Origin: Utricularia gibba
Taxonomy: Eukaryota; Plantae; Magnoliophyta
Assembly (NCBI GenBank): GCA_002189035.1
Contig: NEEC01000010.1
Span: 248,001 to 312,000 of the forward strand
Length of the DNA stretch: 64,000 nt
Reading direction: 5' to 3'
A program made the translations under genes and the position numbers. Positions 14,362-27,731 of this stretch are shown here, in pieces. The notes below the pieces were generated by a model. It saw only the letters and a list, made by a program, of their open reading frames with translations. It was not told the origin of the DNA and did no database searches. Each line of letters begins with the position of its first letter. The first letter of the stretch is position 1.

Positions 14362-14835
14362 TTAATGAATGGGTTTATTGGACAAATCAGGCTCGCGACC
14401 AACAAATTGTGGAGACTTTCTGCAATGTGCAATGGCTTCGTCGATGGAGCATTCACTCTCAGTGACGCTCCTACTTCGCCTCGGAAGCTTTAATTCATTT
14501 GAATTCATGGAAGAAGAGGAGGAGGAGGATGTTGGCAAGCATGTCCTCGGAGAGTGCGCTTAATCTCGCTGGAGATGGATCTTCGGTGACTGCTGTCCTC
14601 CAAGTTTCCATCTTTGTCCATGTTCTTGATTCTGGAAGCTATAGCAGCACCAGGTGTACAAGGAACCCCTAAACCCTAATCCCAAGTGGTTTTTTCTTGA
14701 AAATCTTAGACTTCGCCCTCGACAATGCCTCGTCTTCCATGGGCAGTTTTTAATGTTCAGGAAGAATATCTGCATCACCTTAATTGGAGATCTCGCCGGA
14801 GCAAGCGGACTTGGCTAACCATGGTTTCAAATCAC
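14362..14835 (-). pseudogene. Membrane-associated kinase regulator (MAKR4-like) C-terminal fragment, disrupted
   Basis: Minus-strand blocks occur in order: LKPWLAKSACSGE, EDEALSRAKSKIFKKKPLGI, HRRSISSEIKR, then after a frameshift HSPR..SSSSSSSMNSNELKLPRRSRSVTESECSIDEAIAHCRKS. The AIAHCKxS motif and Ser tract are MAKR/BKI1-family hallmarks. At least two stops and several frameshifts; no N-terminal half is visible. Confidence 0.55.
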
Positions 14836-15602
14836 CTCTCGTTGTTGAAATTAATGTGAGCACTTGTATTAATTTAAAATGCATAATAAGCATCTTTAAT
14901 TATATTCAAAAATACTAGAATTAATTGATTATTTATATTTTATATATTTAATTATATTAATTTATTTTTTTTTATATGTAAATTGTTTGCTTTAATACTA
15001 AACTTTTAGTTGAACTAACCTTAGTTCGGTTAAGATTTACTCTATTTATTATAATTAGTGTTCAAGTTATAAATTGATTTAATTTTTTTTATCATCTATG
15101 TATAATACTTCTTTTTTTTTTAATCAAAACTAAAATCAATACAAAATGCATTTTGGCTATTCAAACTATATCGTAAAATAAATGCTTTGATATTATGTTA
15201 AACTTAAGAATCCGATAAATAAAATGATCTCATGTATAAACTTCAAGTCCAAAATAAATGAGAATCACATTAGAAAAAAATTAGATTCAATAGATTATTA
15301 GTAATTTACAATCTATTATATACTTGATCATATCATGTTAATTTTTTTATATGAGATTATTTAATTTAATACTCACACTTAAGTCGAATTGGTCTTAATT
15401 CGATTAAAACTTATTTTTTTTTTGTAAATTGTGCTTGAGTTATAGATCAATCTAACTTTTTGTTTTCATAACTCAATACATCTTCATTGTTTTTTTTTTA
15501 TTTTTTCTAATCGAAACTCAAATCAGCGCACCATATCCATCTCAGCTACCTAAGCCAGGTTGCAAAGTATTCTCTCTCGATGTAGACCTGAGCACACAAC
15601 AC

Positions 15603-15890
15603 TGGGCAAACAAGGCCTACAACAAATCTCACCTTGGAAATGGGGGGAAGAAACTGTTTGCTGGTTCATCCCACACAAGGGGCATTGTTCTTGAGAACAT
15701 GGTGGATTATTCTTTCTTATTATATTATTCATTGTCATTTTCTAATTTCCTGGTCTTGCAGAGGTATTGAAGCTAAGCAGCCCAATTATGCTATCAGCAA
15801 ATGTACTCGTGTGCAGCTCATCAAGAATTAGAAGAAGACTGCTGCTTTTGTCCCAATGATGGTTGCTTAAGTTGCCTCTAGGAGAATGAA
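15603..15890 (+). pseudogene. RPS23: 40S ribosomal protein S23 (uS12) pseudogene, 5' part (two exons and a retained intron)
   Basis: [33 protein letters not shown] (15603-15700), an intron ending TTGCAG at 15761, then [29 protein letters not shown], a frameshift, and NDGCL...EN. In-frame stops and a 1-nt deletion. It is cut off by an LTR at 15893. Confidence 0.9.
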
Positions 15891-15892
15891 GG

Positions 15893-16325
15893 TGTTATGT
15901 TATTAGGTTTGTGAGCATGTCATTGGTCGTGTAGAGTAAGAAAATGGTAGAAACTCAACCAGATCATTCAGAATAGGTTGAGGAATTCCAACTTTCTTCC
16001 TTCTACCTATGTTGAAAAAACAGAACCAAGTTTGTTGATTTTCAAAAACTACTGCTACCATTCCGGATGTCTTTCATATAGAACATCCTTCAAAATAGCT
16101 AGCATTAGGCCCTACATTTACGTTGGCTATTTCTTACTTCTAGTGTTGACCTTATCTTGTAGGTGGCCTTGGTTGATTATCTGGTTTGCTTCCTCAGGTG
16201 TTGTCAGCTCTATCAGGCTACTAGGTTGCATTGATGTTCCTTTTATATCCTACTTGGTGTTCATGCTATTTCCAATAGGAGTCTTGATGTTGTTGTCACT
16301 ATTGTGCCCCTTGGCATTCATCACA
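15893..16325 (-). repeat. 3' LTR of the chromovirus
   Basis: Aligns by eye with 22918-23337 (roughly 80% identity); TG...CA ends. Confidence 0.8.
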
Positions 16326-19319
16326 CTCCACTGCGATTCTGATGATCCTTTCATCCTAGGGAAATGCTCTTGCAACAACTGCAAATTTTCCTAGGTAGAC
16401 TCTACCGATGAGTGGCCCTTACAACGCACTAAGATTTCAAGAACATTGGTTGTGCCCCTAGTTTCCAAGACAGCTTGGGGCATCAATTCACTGGTGTGGG
16501 TGATGAGCATGGAGAAAGATTCGCCCTCTGGTGGTGCTCCGTGACATGGCTTCAATTGAGAAACATAGAAGATTGGGTGGATCTGGATTCTCGGAGGTAA
16601 TGCAATTTCATATGCTAACTCTCCAATTTTTAGGAGAATGCAGAAGGGACTTAAAAACTTGGGGTTTAATTTTGAGTACTTTGTACCTATTAGTGCCCTA
16701 TATTGTGCCGAATGAACTTGAATCCACAACTAATCATCCACATTGTAAGAGATCGGGCAATGTTTTTGACTGCAATAATTGGCCATAATTTTTTGACTTG
16801 AATGTAGGTGCTCTTTATCAAATTTTAGCACTTCATCTCGATTGTGTAATTCAATGTCCACGGTTCCAGCGTGTGGATGTCCATATACGCTCAGGAATAT
16901 TCAAGGAATGCAACTTTAGGCTCGTGGTTGCTCACTCTTGTTGCGGTAGCATGTCAATTTCGCACATACTCCTGCACCTGAAAATCTATGCCCGTCCAGA
17001 AAAAATCCCACCTGATAAGTTGTAGCATTTTTGCTACCTCTTCATGGCCATTGCCATGCACAAGTTCCATAATTCATGCTATTCTTGCAAATTATGAAGG
17101 CAAATAAACCTTGTTCTTATACTAGATTATGCCATTCTTTTTGTTCGAATTTCTACCCTTGCCATGGTCCTTATCTCGCAACATAGTAGCTGGAGTGCAA
17201 AGGTTGTTGCTGTCTCTTTCCTAAGTTGATCAAATAAATGTAAGTGTAACGTAATGATGGCCATTAGGGTTAATTCCTTATTGCATCTCCATAAAAAGGC
17301 ATCAAGAGCTGCATTTTCACAACCTCTTTTATACTCAATTGAGTAGTCATAACCCATGAGTTCGCTAATCTATTTCTACTAGAAGGGCATATGGATCTTC
17401 TGTTATAGTAGATATTGAAGGCTCTTGTGGTCAGTTTTTACATTGAATGCCATGCCCTATAGATATCCTCACCAATGTTTGATTGCACAAACCAATGCGA
17501 TGAGTTCCTTCTCATAGGTAAGTAAGAATCGATGCCTATCAACAAGTAACTGTCTGAAGTAGGTGATTGGATATTGTTCCTTGTGTAGTATTGCATCAAA
17601 TGCCTCGTTTAAAAGCATCACACTCAACCACAAATGTTTTATCAAAGTCAGGGGATGAGAGTACCGGAGCATGATTTAGTGCTAATTTGAGATCCTCAAA
17701 CTCTTTCTCGGCAATGGGATCCTAATAGAAATTATCCCTTTTGAGCATGGCTGTTAGTGGAGAGGAGAGTACTGAAATGACGGACAAATCGCCTATAGTA
17801 TCCAACCAATCCCAAGAATCCCCTTATTTCCCTCAAGTTATGTGGGTTTTTCCAAGTGATCGCTCTTCGATCTTTTTTTTTTCATCCATCGAAATTCCTT
17901 CCTTACCAATTTGATGTCCTAGATACTCTATACATTCTTGCACGAATACACACTTAGACTCTTTGATAAAGAGCTGATGTTTCGGTAAAGTTTGGAAGAT
18001 TAAATGGAGGTGTTGTTGATGCTCTTCCAAGCTGGAGCTATATACCCATATATCATTAAAAAAAAGACTGGCACAAATTTCCGCAAATAAGGTTTAAACA
18101 CAACATTCATAAGAATTTGAAAGTTTTTTGGGGCGTTTGTTAAAAGAAATGGCATCACTAAGAACTCATACTGACCCTCAGAGGCCAGAAATGCAGTCTT
18201 ATGGATAGGCTCTTCATGCATACAAATCTCATGGTAACTTGATCTTATATTCAATTTTAAAAAGATATGAGCCCTGTGTAGCTCTCTGATTAGTTCTTCT
18301 AATGTTGGGATGGGGAAGCGATGTTGTACTGTAATGGCATTCAATGGTCGATAATCCATACACAAATGCCATCTCCATTTTTCTTTGGGACAAGAATAAC
18401 TGCTGTAGCGAATGGTGAGGTGTTGTTCTATATTCATCCCTTTGCAATCAACTCTCATACCTGATTTTTTTGATTTGTGTTCTCTATTTCTGTGGATATT
18501 GGTATGGTTTCCAGGCTGTTGGATTGGATCTAGCGATCAGATCGATTTTGTGATCACAGAATAATGGGGTGGTTACGCAGTGGATTCTTCAAATATTGAT
18601 CAGCGGGGGTGAGTATACATGTGGGTTGGGTGGTTTCGTGTTGAATTTACTTTCGACCCACCATTGGGGGATATTATAAATGTAAACTCACTCAATTTTT
18701 TTATGATGTAAAAACCAACGGTGTGAAATTCAAGCAGGATGGTCAAAAGGTGAGCGAAATACAATCCTCACTTTACAATACCTCACCAAACAAAAAAAAC
18801 ATTAAAAAAATATTGATTAATAGTTCTAGTACTAAAACCATGTTCAATGGTTGAAGATAATGTTCAAAAATGTATTCAACATACTGGAGTAATGACAAAG
18901 ATTACATAAAAGTCAACTACAATATCATATAACAAAAATAAAAAAGAGATATTTTGATCTTGCAGCAATAAGGAGTAATGTTGAGAATAATTAATCTATC
19001 ATATAAACAATAAATTAAGTTAATGTCTAATAATATTAGATAATTGATATATAAATATGAAAAACAATATTAGTTCATAAACATTAATCAATAGTTATCT
19101 TTTTTCCATTTCCTTTCGAGAAGGAATCACCAAAATGCATTCCTACAAAAACATAATAAAAATATAATCATTTAGTCAAAATGCTCAAATGAAAATATGA
19201 AAATGCAATCAATACACTTAGTTAATATAGTAGTTTACCATTTATCATTTCTTCATATTCCTCAACATCTTTAAATAAAACTTCCTTCATGAATCCATAG
19301 ATGTTAAGCAAACTTTGAT

Positions 19320-19520
19320 GGTATCAATTTTGACAACAAACAAGAGCCTCTACCCTTTTAGGAATAAGGGAACTTCAATACGAATAGAGAATACAACCGC
19401 TTGTACTTAAAGTAGACTCAGATGCTACAAAAGAATTTGGAATTGCCAATATCTCTCTAGCCAACTCTTTGATCTTCTAGAGTACTCGATTGTCTATCTT
19501 TCCTTACACTCTCTTGCAAG
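19320..19520 (-). mobile_element. hAT transposase C-terminal dimerisation domain relic
   Basis: KELAREILAIPNSFVASESTLSTSGCILYSY*SSLIPKRVEALVC matches the hAT consensus ARDILAIPVSTVASESAFSxGGR.L...RSSL.P..VEAL.C. Confidence 0.7.
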
Positions 19521-21310
19521 GAGTCATGTGATTTACCTAATGTTGTTGCTTCTTGGATAAACGAGAAGATAAGAGGTCTAGCCTTCGTTACTCTCATGAT
19601 CGAATTGTACACATCTGCCCAAATGTTGTCAATGATCCAATAAGTCTAGATACAAGGACACTATATATATATTCATTGATCTTGAAGTATGACCGCAGAA
19701 AAAACGTTGTCCCCTTTGAACCAAAAAAGTGTGAGTTGGTGCTTTCCACCTTATTCCTCTTCAAAACTCATCAGTAGTGATAAGCTAACCATGAATCCTG
19801 AATAAAGGACTGTTATAGAAAAATTGTAACATAATTACTTTGAGATATACGAAACCCAATTAGATTCAAAAAAGTAGAGATTAACTAAAAAACGTAAAGA
19901 TGGAAGTCTCACAACCCAAAAATAGGGCTTTTTTAGCCGTGAACGCAATACAAAACAGGAATACAAAAACAAAGTTTTAAAGAGAAGTTAGAGGAAAATC
20001 CTCTAAAGAGATATACAAAGTCTAACTAAAATTGGAATTGAAACTGAAACTAAAAACTCGTTCTGTCTGGGTTTTTTTTGTCCCTCTGATCTTTTTGTGA
20101 TCTTGAGTGACTTGCAATGGATTTCCTACTCTGACACTGGTATACTAATGATTTTTTTTTTGTCAAAAACTCTCATGTACCGTACATTAAGGCTCATTAT
20201 TAAGTACCTATGATCTTCCAGAAATCAAGAGAATGTCACTTCGAGAAGATGTATTTTGTCGTCTTCTGCTTCTTTTCTCCTCTTTCTGTCACGTGTTCAC
20301 CTTTGACAAAACTTAAGTAAAACTAAACCAAAACATTAGATAAAATACATAAATTAAAATAATTACCCTCATTTAGATAAAATCTAAAAAATTATATTAT
20401 AGACTTTTAACTAAATAATTTTAATTACATTTAGGTATAAAAATGACCTAAAAGATGTAACAAAATGACACATAACGATGGAGGTTGATGGTGAACTGAT
20501 AATTCGCAAAGTCCTAGGAAGGGGAGTGATTCCGCATATGCCACTATGGGCATTTCAAGCTTATGTGCCACAAGATTCCCACAAAAAACTATGAGTACTC
20601 CCTGAATCTATCAAGAACAAAAGGGGTTGGCCTCTCATACTTACTTCTACAAGAATCAGTTGTTCCTAGAAGATCAGTTCAATTGCCCTAGCAATGATTG
20701 ATAGTAGAATTTCTTCCTTTGCTTCATCGTCATTTTTCATGAACTTGATTAAGGCCAATTTCTTACATTTATGTCCAGGGAAAAATCTTTTGTTGTAATG
20801 GAAATAGAGGTTTTTAGCCTTCCTCTCTTGAAACTCTTTTTGAGGTAATCGCTTAACAGGTGTAGAGCGTTTATTACCCGAAGGTTATTTTCCATCAGAT
20901 TGATCCCTTTTAACTTCTAGGTTTTCTCTGTCTTCTTGTACCCTCCTCTCTTTTTTCAATTGTTGTCGTTGTTGTTGCTGATTGCAAGACTCATGACTTT
21001 CTTTGTGGTTAGGGGGTTTTGTAGCATGATTAATGCCAAGATTTAGGGTTTTGTACCCTAAATCAGCATTTCATATTTCGGATGTAGATTTTTATTCTAA
21101 GAGCAATTGCTTTGAAAAGATGATTATAGTCCTCTTAATCCTTATCCATCTTCAGATGAGTCAAACGTTTGAGTGCTGAACCTCAATGTTGCTCGTCCAA
21201 ATTAAGCTTGGGTTGTCTCTTTTGAGCCTCATAAATCAGATTTGTGCAATGCCATCTAATTGTGCCGCTACTACTTGTAGTTTATCATCTTCTGAGGTTT
21301 GGCGATACTC

Positions 21311-22619
21311 TATTGCGTGTTGTTTCCTCAAAAAATTTTAAATATGTAAAACGTAAAAACAAAAGAGCATAGTACGAATATCGATCTTAGGGAGTTGAGT
21401 TTTGCGAAAAGTGTTTTATAGAAAACTTTCACAAATTGTCACAAATTGTCACAGATTTCACAAATTGACACAGAAAAGGGTTTTTGAGGTAAAAGAAATA
21501 AAGATACAACCTAAGTAATTGACCTTGACTAAGAGTTGTAGTTCCTTGGAAATGGACTCTATTTTCTCCTTTCGTCTATCCTTGTCTCGGCTTTCACTGA
21601 TTCCTTCCAAATAGCTGGTTATACGAGCAAGGAATAGCCTACTCTCTCTTACACTCTGATTGACAAAGAGGTACGGGAATAGCCTCATGTGATTCCCCCT
21701 TGGACGATTGAGAAGACAAAAGGATTGCCGTTGATTGCCTTCAAAACCGAATTGTACGCAAAGTGTGTCCAGCTATTGCCAATGACTAGTGGCATGCATG
21801 AGGTCACTATCTGTCCACTGTCACGGTACCTTTGCCACAAACAATTCGCTACTTCCCTCGAACTGATAGAGTTGGAGTTGGTGCTCTTCACCTTGCTCTT
21901 CATCAAAATCTGCGAGGAGTGGCCTACTACTCATGGACCATGATTAAGAGTCGTTATAGAAAGACTACAACAAGACGCGTGGAAGTATGCAAAATCCGGA
22001 GTAAATTCAACGAAGAACCAAGTTTAATGCTCAAGATTTGGAAAAAAACTTCATCTATAAATTTAATGCTTAGAAACTAAGAGAGTTTAGCCATAAAGGG
22101 CTATGAAAACAGAAACGAAAATGAAAGCTAGGGCGTTTTTCCTCCTTGGAGGAGAGGAAGATCTCAAAAGTTTGAAAATGAAAAGGTTTGAAATAGATAG
22201 TTCCAAGTTGGTTTTATCTCACTCCCCATGTGCGTTAACTCTTTCTGGTATTCTTTCCATCATTCTTTCTGTCTTGCGTGCGTCACCAGCTTTCCTTTGC
22301 ATGTAAGTTAGCACCCAATCATTGTTCCACCCGTAAGTTAGGGGCCTTGACTAGTCTCAGTCTTCTGCCCATAATTGTTTCAAGTCGCGTGCAAGGCACA
22401 AAATGTCAATGTCTGATCTCCTGCAATACTCCACGACTACTTCCTGACATATCTCAATCAAAGTGCATAAAAAAAAACAAAGAAAATATATACAAAATAG
22501 AAAATAAGATTTTTCTAAGGAAATAGAATATTTATCAATATAAATTCTAAATTGGGTGACTTAACATAGAATTAATACATAATAATACTTAATAAATAAC
22601 TAGAAAATGACACTTAACA
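21311..22619 (-). mobile_element. Solo LTR, family B (Athila-like), inserted in the chromovirus gag
   Basis: 5-bp TSD TACTC at 21306-21310 and 22620-22624. Removing it restores gag HVFE-YRQTSEDDKLQ. Homologous to 27732-28718 and 49630-52214. Confidence 0.85.
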
Positions 22620-22902
22620 TACTCAAAGACGTGTTCGCAATGATTAATCCATTCCAGTGGGTCAGGCATACTGTTGAACTTGGGAATCTCCAATTCCATT
22701 GTTTAAATGGCTCTCCTTGTGGTTCCTTTCATTGTCTCTGAACAACATATCAATTGTTGCTTGCTGCTAGTACTTGCAGATTCTACAACATTGTGTTTTG
22801 AGTTCTCAAAGCATTTTTCCATGTCATTTAAACGCTGATCTATTTCATGTTGCATCTGTTTCGGGACATTCATCATCTCTTCCATCTGTGAGATTGAGGT
22901 TT

Positions 22903-22914
22903 GCTCTTATACCA
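22903..22914 (-). other. Primer-binding site (tRNA-iMet type) of the chromovirus
   Basis: Minus strand reads TGGTATAAGAGC, one mismatch to TGGTATCAGAGC, 3 nt after the LTR-terminal CA. Confidence 0.8.
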
Positions 22915-22917
22915 AGT

Positions 22918-23337
22918 TGTTATGTTGTAGGGTTTGAGAGCGTGTCACTGGTTGCGTAGAGTAAGAAAAGAGTGAAAACTCAACTAGATCATCCTGAATG
23001 AGTTGAGGAATTCTGATTTTCTTCTTTCTACCTATGTTAAAAAAAGAGAACAAAATCTGTTGATTTTAAAAAACTACTCCTATCGTTCCAAATATCTTTC
23101 ATGTAGAGCATCCTTCAAAAGAGGTAGCATTAGGCGTTGACTATTTCTTCCTCCTATTGTATACTTTGTATTGTTGGTGGTATTAGTTGCTTATCTGGTC
23201 TTCTTCCTTAGGTGTTGTCGCTCTGCAGGGTTGCTAGGCTGCAATGCTGTCTCTTCTTTTTCCTTCTTTGTGTTTATGCTATTTCCAATAAGAGTCCTAA
23301 TGTTGTTGTTACTATTGTGCCCTTGGCGTTAATCACA
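22918..23337 (-). repeat. 5' LTR of the chromovirus
   Basis: Direct repeat of 15893-16325; followed on the minus strand by the PBS and gag. Confidence 0.8.
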
Positions 23338-23402
23338 AAAAGGTTTCTTTTTTCGAATTAGATATCCTTCATTTCTCTTTGTGAAAAAACATGTGCTTGA
23401 AG

Positions 23403-26400
23403 TAAGAATGGGCATGGGCCAACCAAAATTGTGAACCTGGCCTGGCCTATTAGTAATGACTCACTTGTGGGTCGCAGTTATTCATAGATCATAAATTGAG
23501 CCAACTAAGATAAATTTATGACCGATAGAGGTCCAACTTGTATATTCACAAATCGATCTGCACATTTTAAGTAATATTATTAATTATTATTTAATATTTA
23601 TTAAAAATAAAAAACTCACATTCCCAATCCCACAACTAACACTATAAGACAGTCGAACTCACACAACATTTATTAAGGAATATATTAATATTTTTTTTCT
23701 TTGTGCAATGATTACATTTTCATTTTAAAATTTAAAATATTTGTAACCCTTTTACCCTACCCACCGTGGCACTACATACCTAATCCCTAAAAATCCATCT
23801 TAAGAATCCACCCATGGTGACTAAAGACCTCTTTTTTTTTTCAGAGAGAGGTCCCCGCTTTGGGGAAGAATGTTACCACGGGTTCACCAAACATATCACA
23901 AATACGGATAAGCTGACATACATTGAGTTCTCTAAACTATTTAGGCAATAGTTCTCACAATTGATATAATGAGATTACTAGAACTTATGTATGGGTGTTG
24001 ATTAGAGAACTGATTCACTGGTTGAATCGTCTTCAAGATGCTACCATGAGAAGCTAACCAAGTGTCAGTAGCAAGATCTCGAATTTGACAGTAATGGAAG
24101 TAAGCTTAGATTTGATGTCAATAAAGTTATCTTAATCTTAACCTTGCATTTTTGCTCATTACTAATGGGAGTCTAACCATGGCTTGCCTAGTATGGATGA
24201 GAAGGGATGTGACTCCTTAAGGTTGAAGATAGTTGATTGATCAATAAAGAATTCATCATTCATGTTAGCTATGAGATCTTATCTTAAGTAATTGCATCAA
24301 AGCCTAACAGTAAGTTGCGAGCCTAGGGTAATGACACTCGAAGTGCTTGAGTAGGTCATTGAATGTTAGTGCTTAAATGCAATTATAAGTTCGATACATC
24401 AGAAAGACACACACCCATATTTTGGTATCAAATGAGATATAAGTATAATGAAAATTGTTCATTACATGGTGGCTGGTCATTGAAAGACTCAATCAATTTA
24501 CCTGATTATTTTTATATCTTGAGGATTATGATATGTTGCTAGACATCACTCATGATCTATAATGATGAATTTAATTAATTAAAAGTTAATTAATAAATCC
24601 ATTATTATGGCATTAATTGAAAAAACCTATAGTGTCAAACACAATAGTGGAGTCACTCCAATATAAAATTGAATGACACAATTACATGAGATAAAATTGG
24701 TAAAGTGGATAAATTAAATAGAGAGTTATTTTGATATTAATATTGATTAAATTCAAAGTAAAAGATTTGATATAGATAAGATTTGGAACATATATATATC
24801 TCCACAAGATAAGATCTTTACGGAGATTTGATTAGATATGTTATGAAATATCTATCATAAAGATTCGATCCGCAGAGTTTTTCACATCTTCGTTCTCTCT
24901 GAGACTTATCTATATGAGATGATTTCCTATACTAGCACTAAAGGAGGTTGACCAGCATTTTGTGGCTTTGAGAAGGTTATCGTCGGGGTGTTTCACGTGT
25001 GGATACCTTAGAGGTCATCTACTATTGGTGGTTGGTGAACAATGGAGTCCACATAAAGGTATTTTTAGAATCGTCTTATCTAATGTATACTGTCTACTAT
25101 GGTTTGAGTTTATCAAAAGTTTTAAATTCCGCTATCTACTTATAATATGCTTGCTGCATTATTGCCTTATAAAATGCCGTTGATTCAATTTTGTAAAAAC
25201 CTTGGTAATTTTAGTAGTGTTATAGATGAATTAAGTTTTTCAATAATTGATACACTTGTTAATTTGCTTAGTGTTTTCTATTCCTCTACTAAATTATTAA
25301 GTGGTTTTTATTATCCAACTATACATTTGATTTTCCAATCACTTGTCCAAATTTCCTATGTTTTTAGTAAATTTTCAAGGCTGCCATTTTTTTATCAAAT
25401 AATAGCACAAATGAAATTTTTTTTTTCAAATATTATCATGAAATTCCTAATTTTTATTTTGTTGGTAAAATTCATGATCCTAGGATAAAGAAAAAAGATT
25501 TAAAAACTCTTTTTGATGTGTTTTGTAAATGTTCGTAGTGTACACACCTCTTCTACACATTCTTCTTATGGAGAATACATGTTATATAATAATAATACAA
25601 TAGTTGAAGAGAATAATGATGATTTCTTTGATATAATGTCTAATATTTTGCTACAAAACTCAAGTTCTAGCATGAATTTCTATGCTTTTGTAACTAGTAC
25701 TGCAGTCTCGTGTTTTATTTCTAGTTAGGATTAAATCTATGATCTAGTCCCAACCTCAGTTTTAATTGTTTCCCGAAGCAATGGGGCAATTGTCGGCCAA
25801 CTCAGTTCCCTAGGAGCCGAAAAGAGCACAGTGACATTGCAGAGAATATGGACAAAAAATTAATGATGAGAGATATCCCATTGGAGAACACGACACACAA
25901 TTCTGAAGGAAAAGGATTGAAGAAAAATCGCAAGAACACATGGGAGAGGAGTAGGACGATCCAGAAAAATAAGTTCTCCTTTGAAGATTTCTTTTGCTCT
26001 TAAAGAACATTATTCCTAGTTTAAAACATTTCTAGCTTTACTGTGTGAACCATTCACTTTTTCTGTTTGTGTTATGTACTATTTGTTGTTGTTTAACTTT
26101 GAAACTAGAATGTTACTTAGGATATATTATGAAAACGCTTTCTTTTTTCTTATCATGAACAGCTAAAGCACCTAGTGGTGTCTTGGGGTAAAGAGGTTAG
26201 CAAGTTTGTTGTTTACTAAACCAAATTAACCAAGTGTCACATTATTTTCTTATAAACTAGGATAGATTCAGGAGGGGGAAGTAATGAAGCTCACTAGAGT
26301 AATTCTAATTAGAGGTAGACCAAACATTAGGGAAAACAAAGGTTTGAATAGACTTAGGCCTTTGCTTGTTATATGAATGACCTATGATTTAGGAGGAATA

Positions 26401-27423
26401 GTTGTAGCAATTTGTATATTAACTCTAGGAGTTCCAAAGCACCACACCCATCTCATCTTATATACAACCAAGTTCAAAAGTTTGTTGCTTTTCGTTATTG
26501 TATTTTATCATAAATCTACCTTAGTCGTAGTTAAACTAAATCTATCAATGTGACATTGATTTCATGCATTAATAATCACATGACAAGCACCTGCTCTTTG
26601 TGTTCGACCCTAAACACTACGTTCATCATTGTATTATGTTTGAATGTGTATTAGGTTTATAAATTTATTTGATCAAAGAGTTTTCATATTTATGACGTGT
26701 GTAGATTTTTCGTTTATCATATAATAACTTGGTGGAAAATCAATTCTATCAATTTTCCTATTTTGACTAGAATGGTTAAAGATATTCTTACTGTTTTAGT
26801 GTCAATTGTCCCTTTAGAGTGTGGATTTAGTGAAAGTGGGAGAACATTGACAAAGAAAAGATAAAAACTTGCTCCTAATACATTGGAAGCTTGTGTATGC
26901 CTAAAAAATTGGAATGATGCAAAAAGGATGAAGAAAAATTGTGAATTGCATTCTAAAGAGGAGTATGAACATTTGACTTCAAGATTGTAGTCTTAAAGTG
27001 AAGCTATTCTATGGTGATATTTGGCTTCATAAGTTAATTCTTCATGGGTATAGATATTTGGCTTCATTTTATTTTGTAATTTGCATTATGTGGACAAATC
27101 AATAAAATCACGAGGTATCATCCTTGTTTTAATTTATTTCTGAATTTGAATTTAAATATACCAAAATTTCATAATTTAACTAATTTTTATACTTATTTTT
27201 TCAAAAAACTATGGTGATCAAGACTAATTGGACCCATAGGTTAGCCCAACTCGTATATAAATGTGCAATTTCAAAGGACTTGCATCTTGGGTTGGGCCAC
27301 CAATGAGTCGATCTGTGCATAGGTTCATTTTAGATTCTGACACATAGGTTTGACTTGTTAGGTTACAGAAGCTATTGGGCCACACATGCAACCCATTGGG
27401 CCTAACTTGTGCCTACCTTCCAG
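23403..27423 (+). mobile_element. Degenerate hAT (Ac-like) element interrupted by a solo LTR
   Basis: LLSVFYSSTKLLSGFYYPT...MK (25170-25450, DUF4413-like) precedes the LTR. IITWWKINSINFPILTRMVKDILTVLVS...LEACVCLKNW (26720-26920, dimerisation domain) follows it. GGGCC/GGCCC-rich subterminal blocks lie at 23410-23460 and 27230-27420. Termini approximate. Confidence 0.7.
25590..26719 (+). mobile_element. Solo LTR, family A (older copy)
   Basis: TSD TATAA (25585-25589 and 26720-26724). The 3' end TTTTTCGTTTATCA is shared with the other family-A copies; the 5' TG has decayed to TA. Confidence 0.75.
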
Positions 27424-27731
27424 CTTGAAAGGTGCACATGTTGGGCCTGATAGTTGTGTCATGAAGATGGGGTCAACGGTTATTCCATGATCAAAAGCAG
27501 TTGCTACCATGAGTGATCATCAAGACATGAGTGAAGAGTTTGAACAGGATGATGAGTTCTATTAGTTTCGAGTGGGAGAGGTGATGCTCATCTAAGCAAA
27601 GAGCATATGGATCAATGATCCTAATGAGAATAGTATAGTGACTTATTGTGGTGTTCCTCTTATCTAATATAGTAAGTGCTTGAACATAGAGAATTCATTA
27701 GTTGGAACTTGTTCTCAACACCGAGAAGTTT

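Larger units (their letters stand above)
15893..23337 (-). mobile_element. Degenerate full-length Ty3/gypsy chromovirus with nested insertions
   Basis: Direct-repeat LTRs at 15893-16325 and 22918-23337, with a PBS at 22903-22914. Minus-strand domain order: gag (LEIPKFNSMPDPLEWINHCEHVFE, about 22700-22620; knuckle-like FPGHKCK near 20780), protease LIDSGSTHSF (about 20585-20615), RT ([10 protein letters not shown]...FLVMPF, 18460-17830), RNase H (TYEKELIALV), integrase tail and chromodomain (KLNPKFLSPF...EILVRCKG, 16730-16390). Many stops. Confidence 0.85.

Noticed and set aside
14490-14560. F-box-like reading RLSALSEDMLANILL on the minus strand
   Set aside because: It is a single short frame ending in a stop. 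The flanking blocks fit the MAKR family far better.
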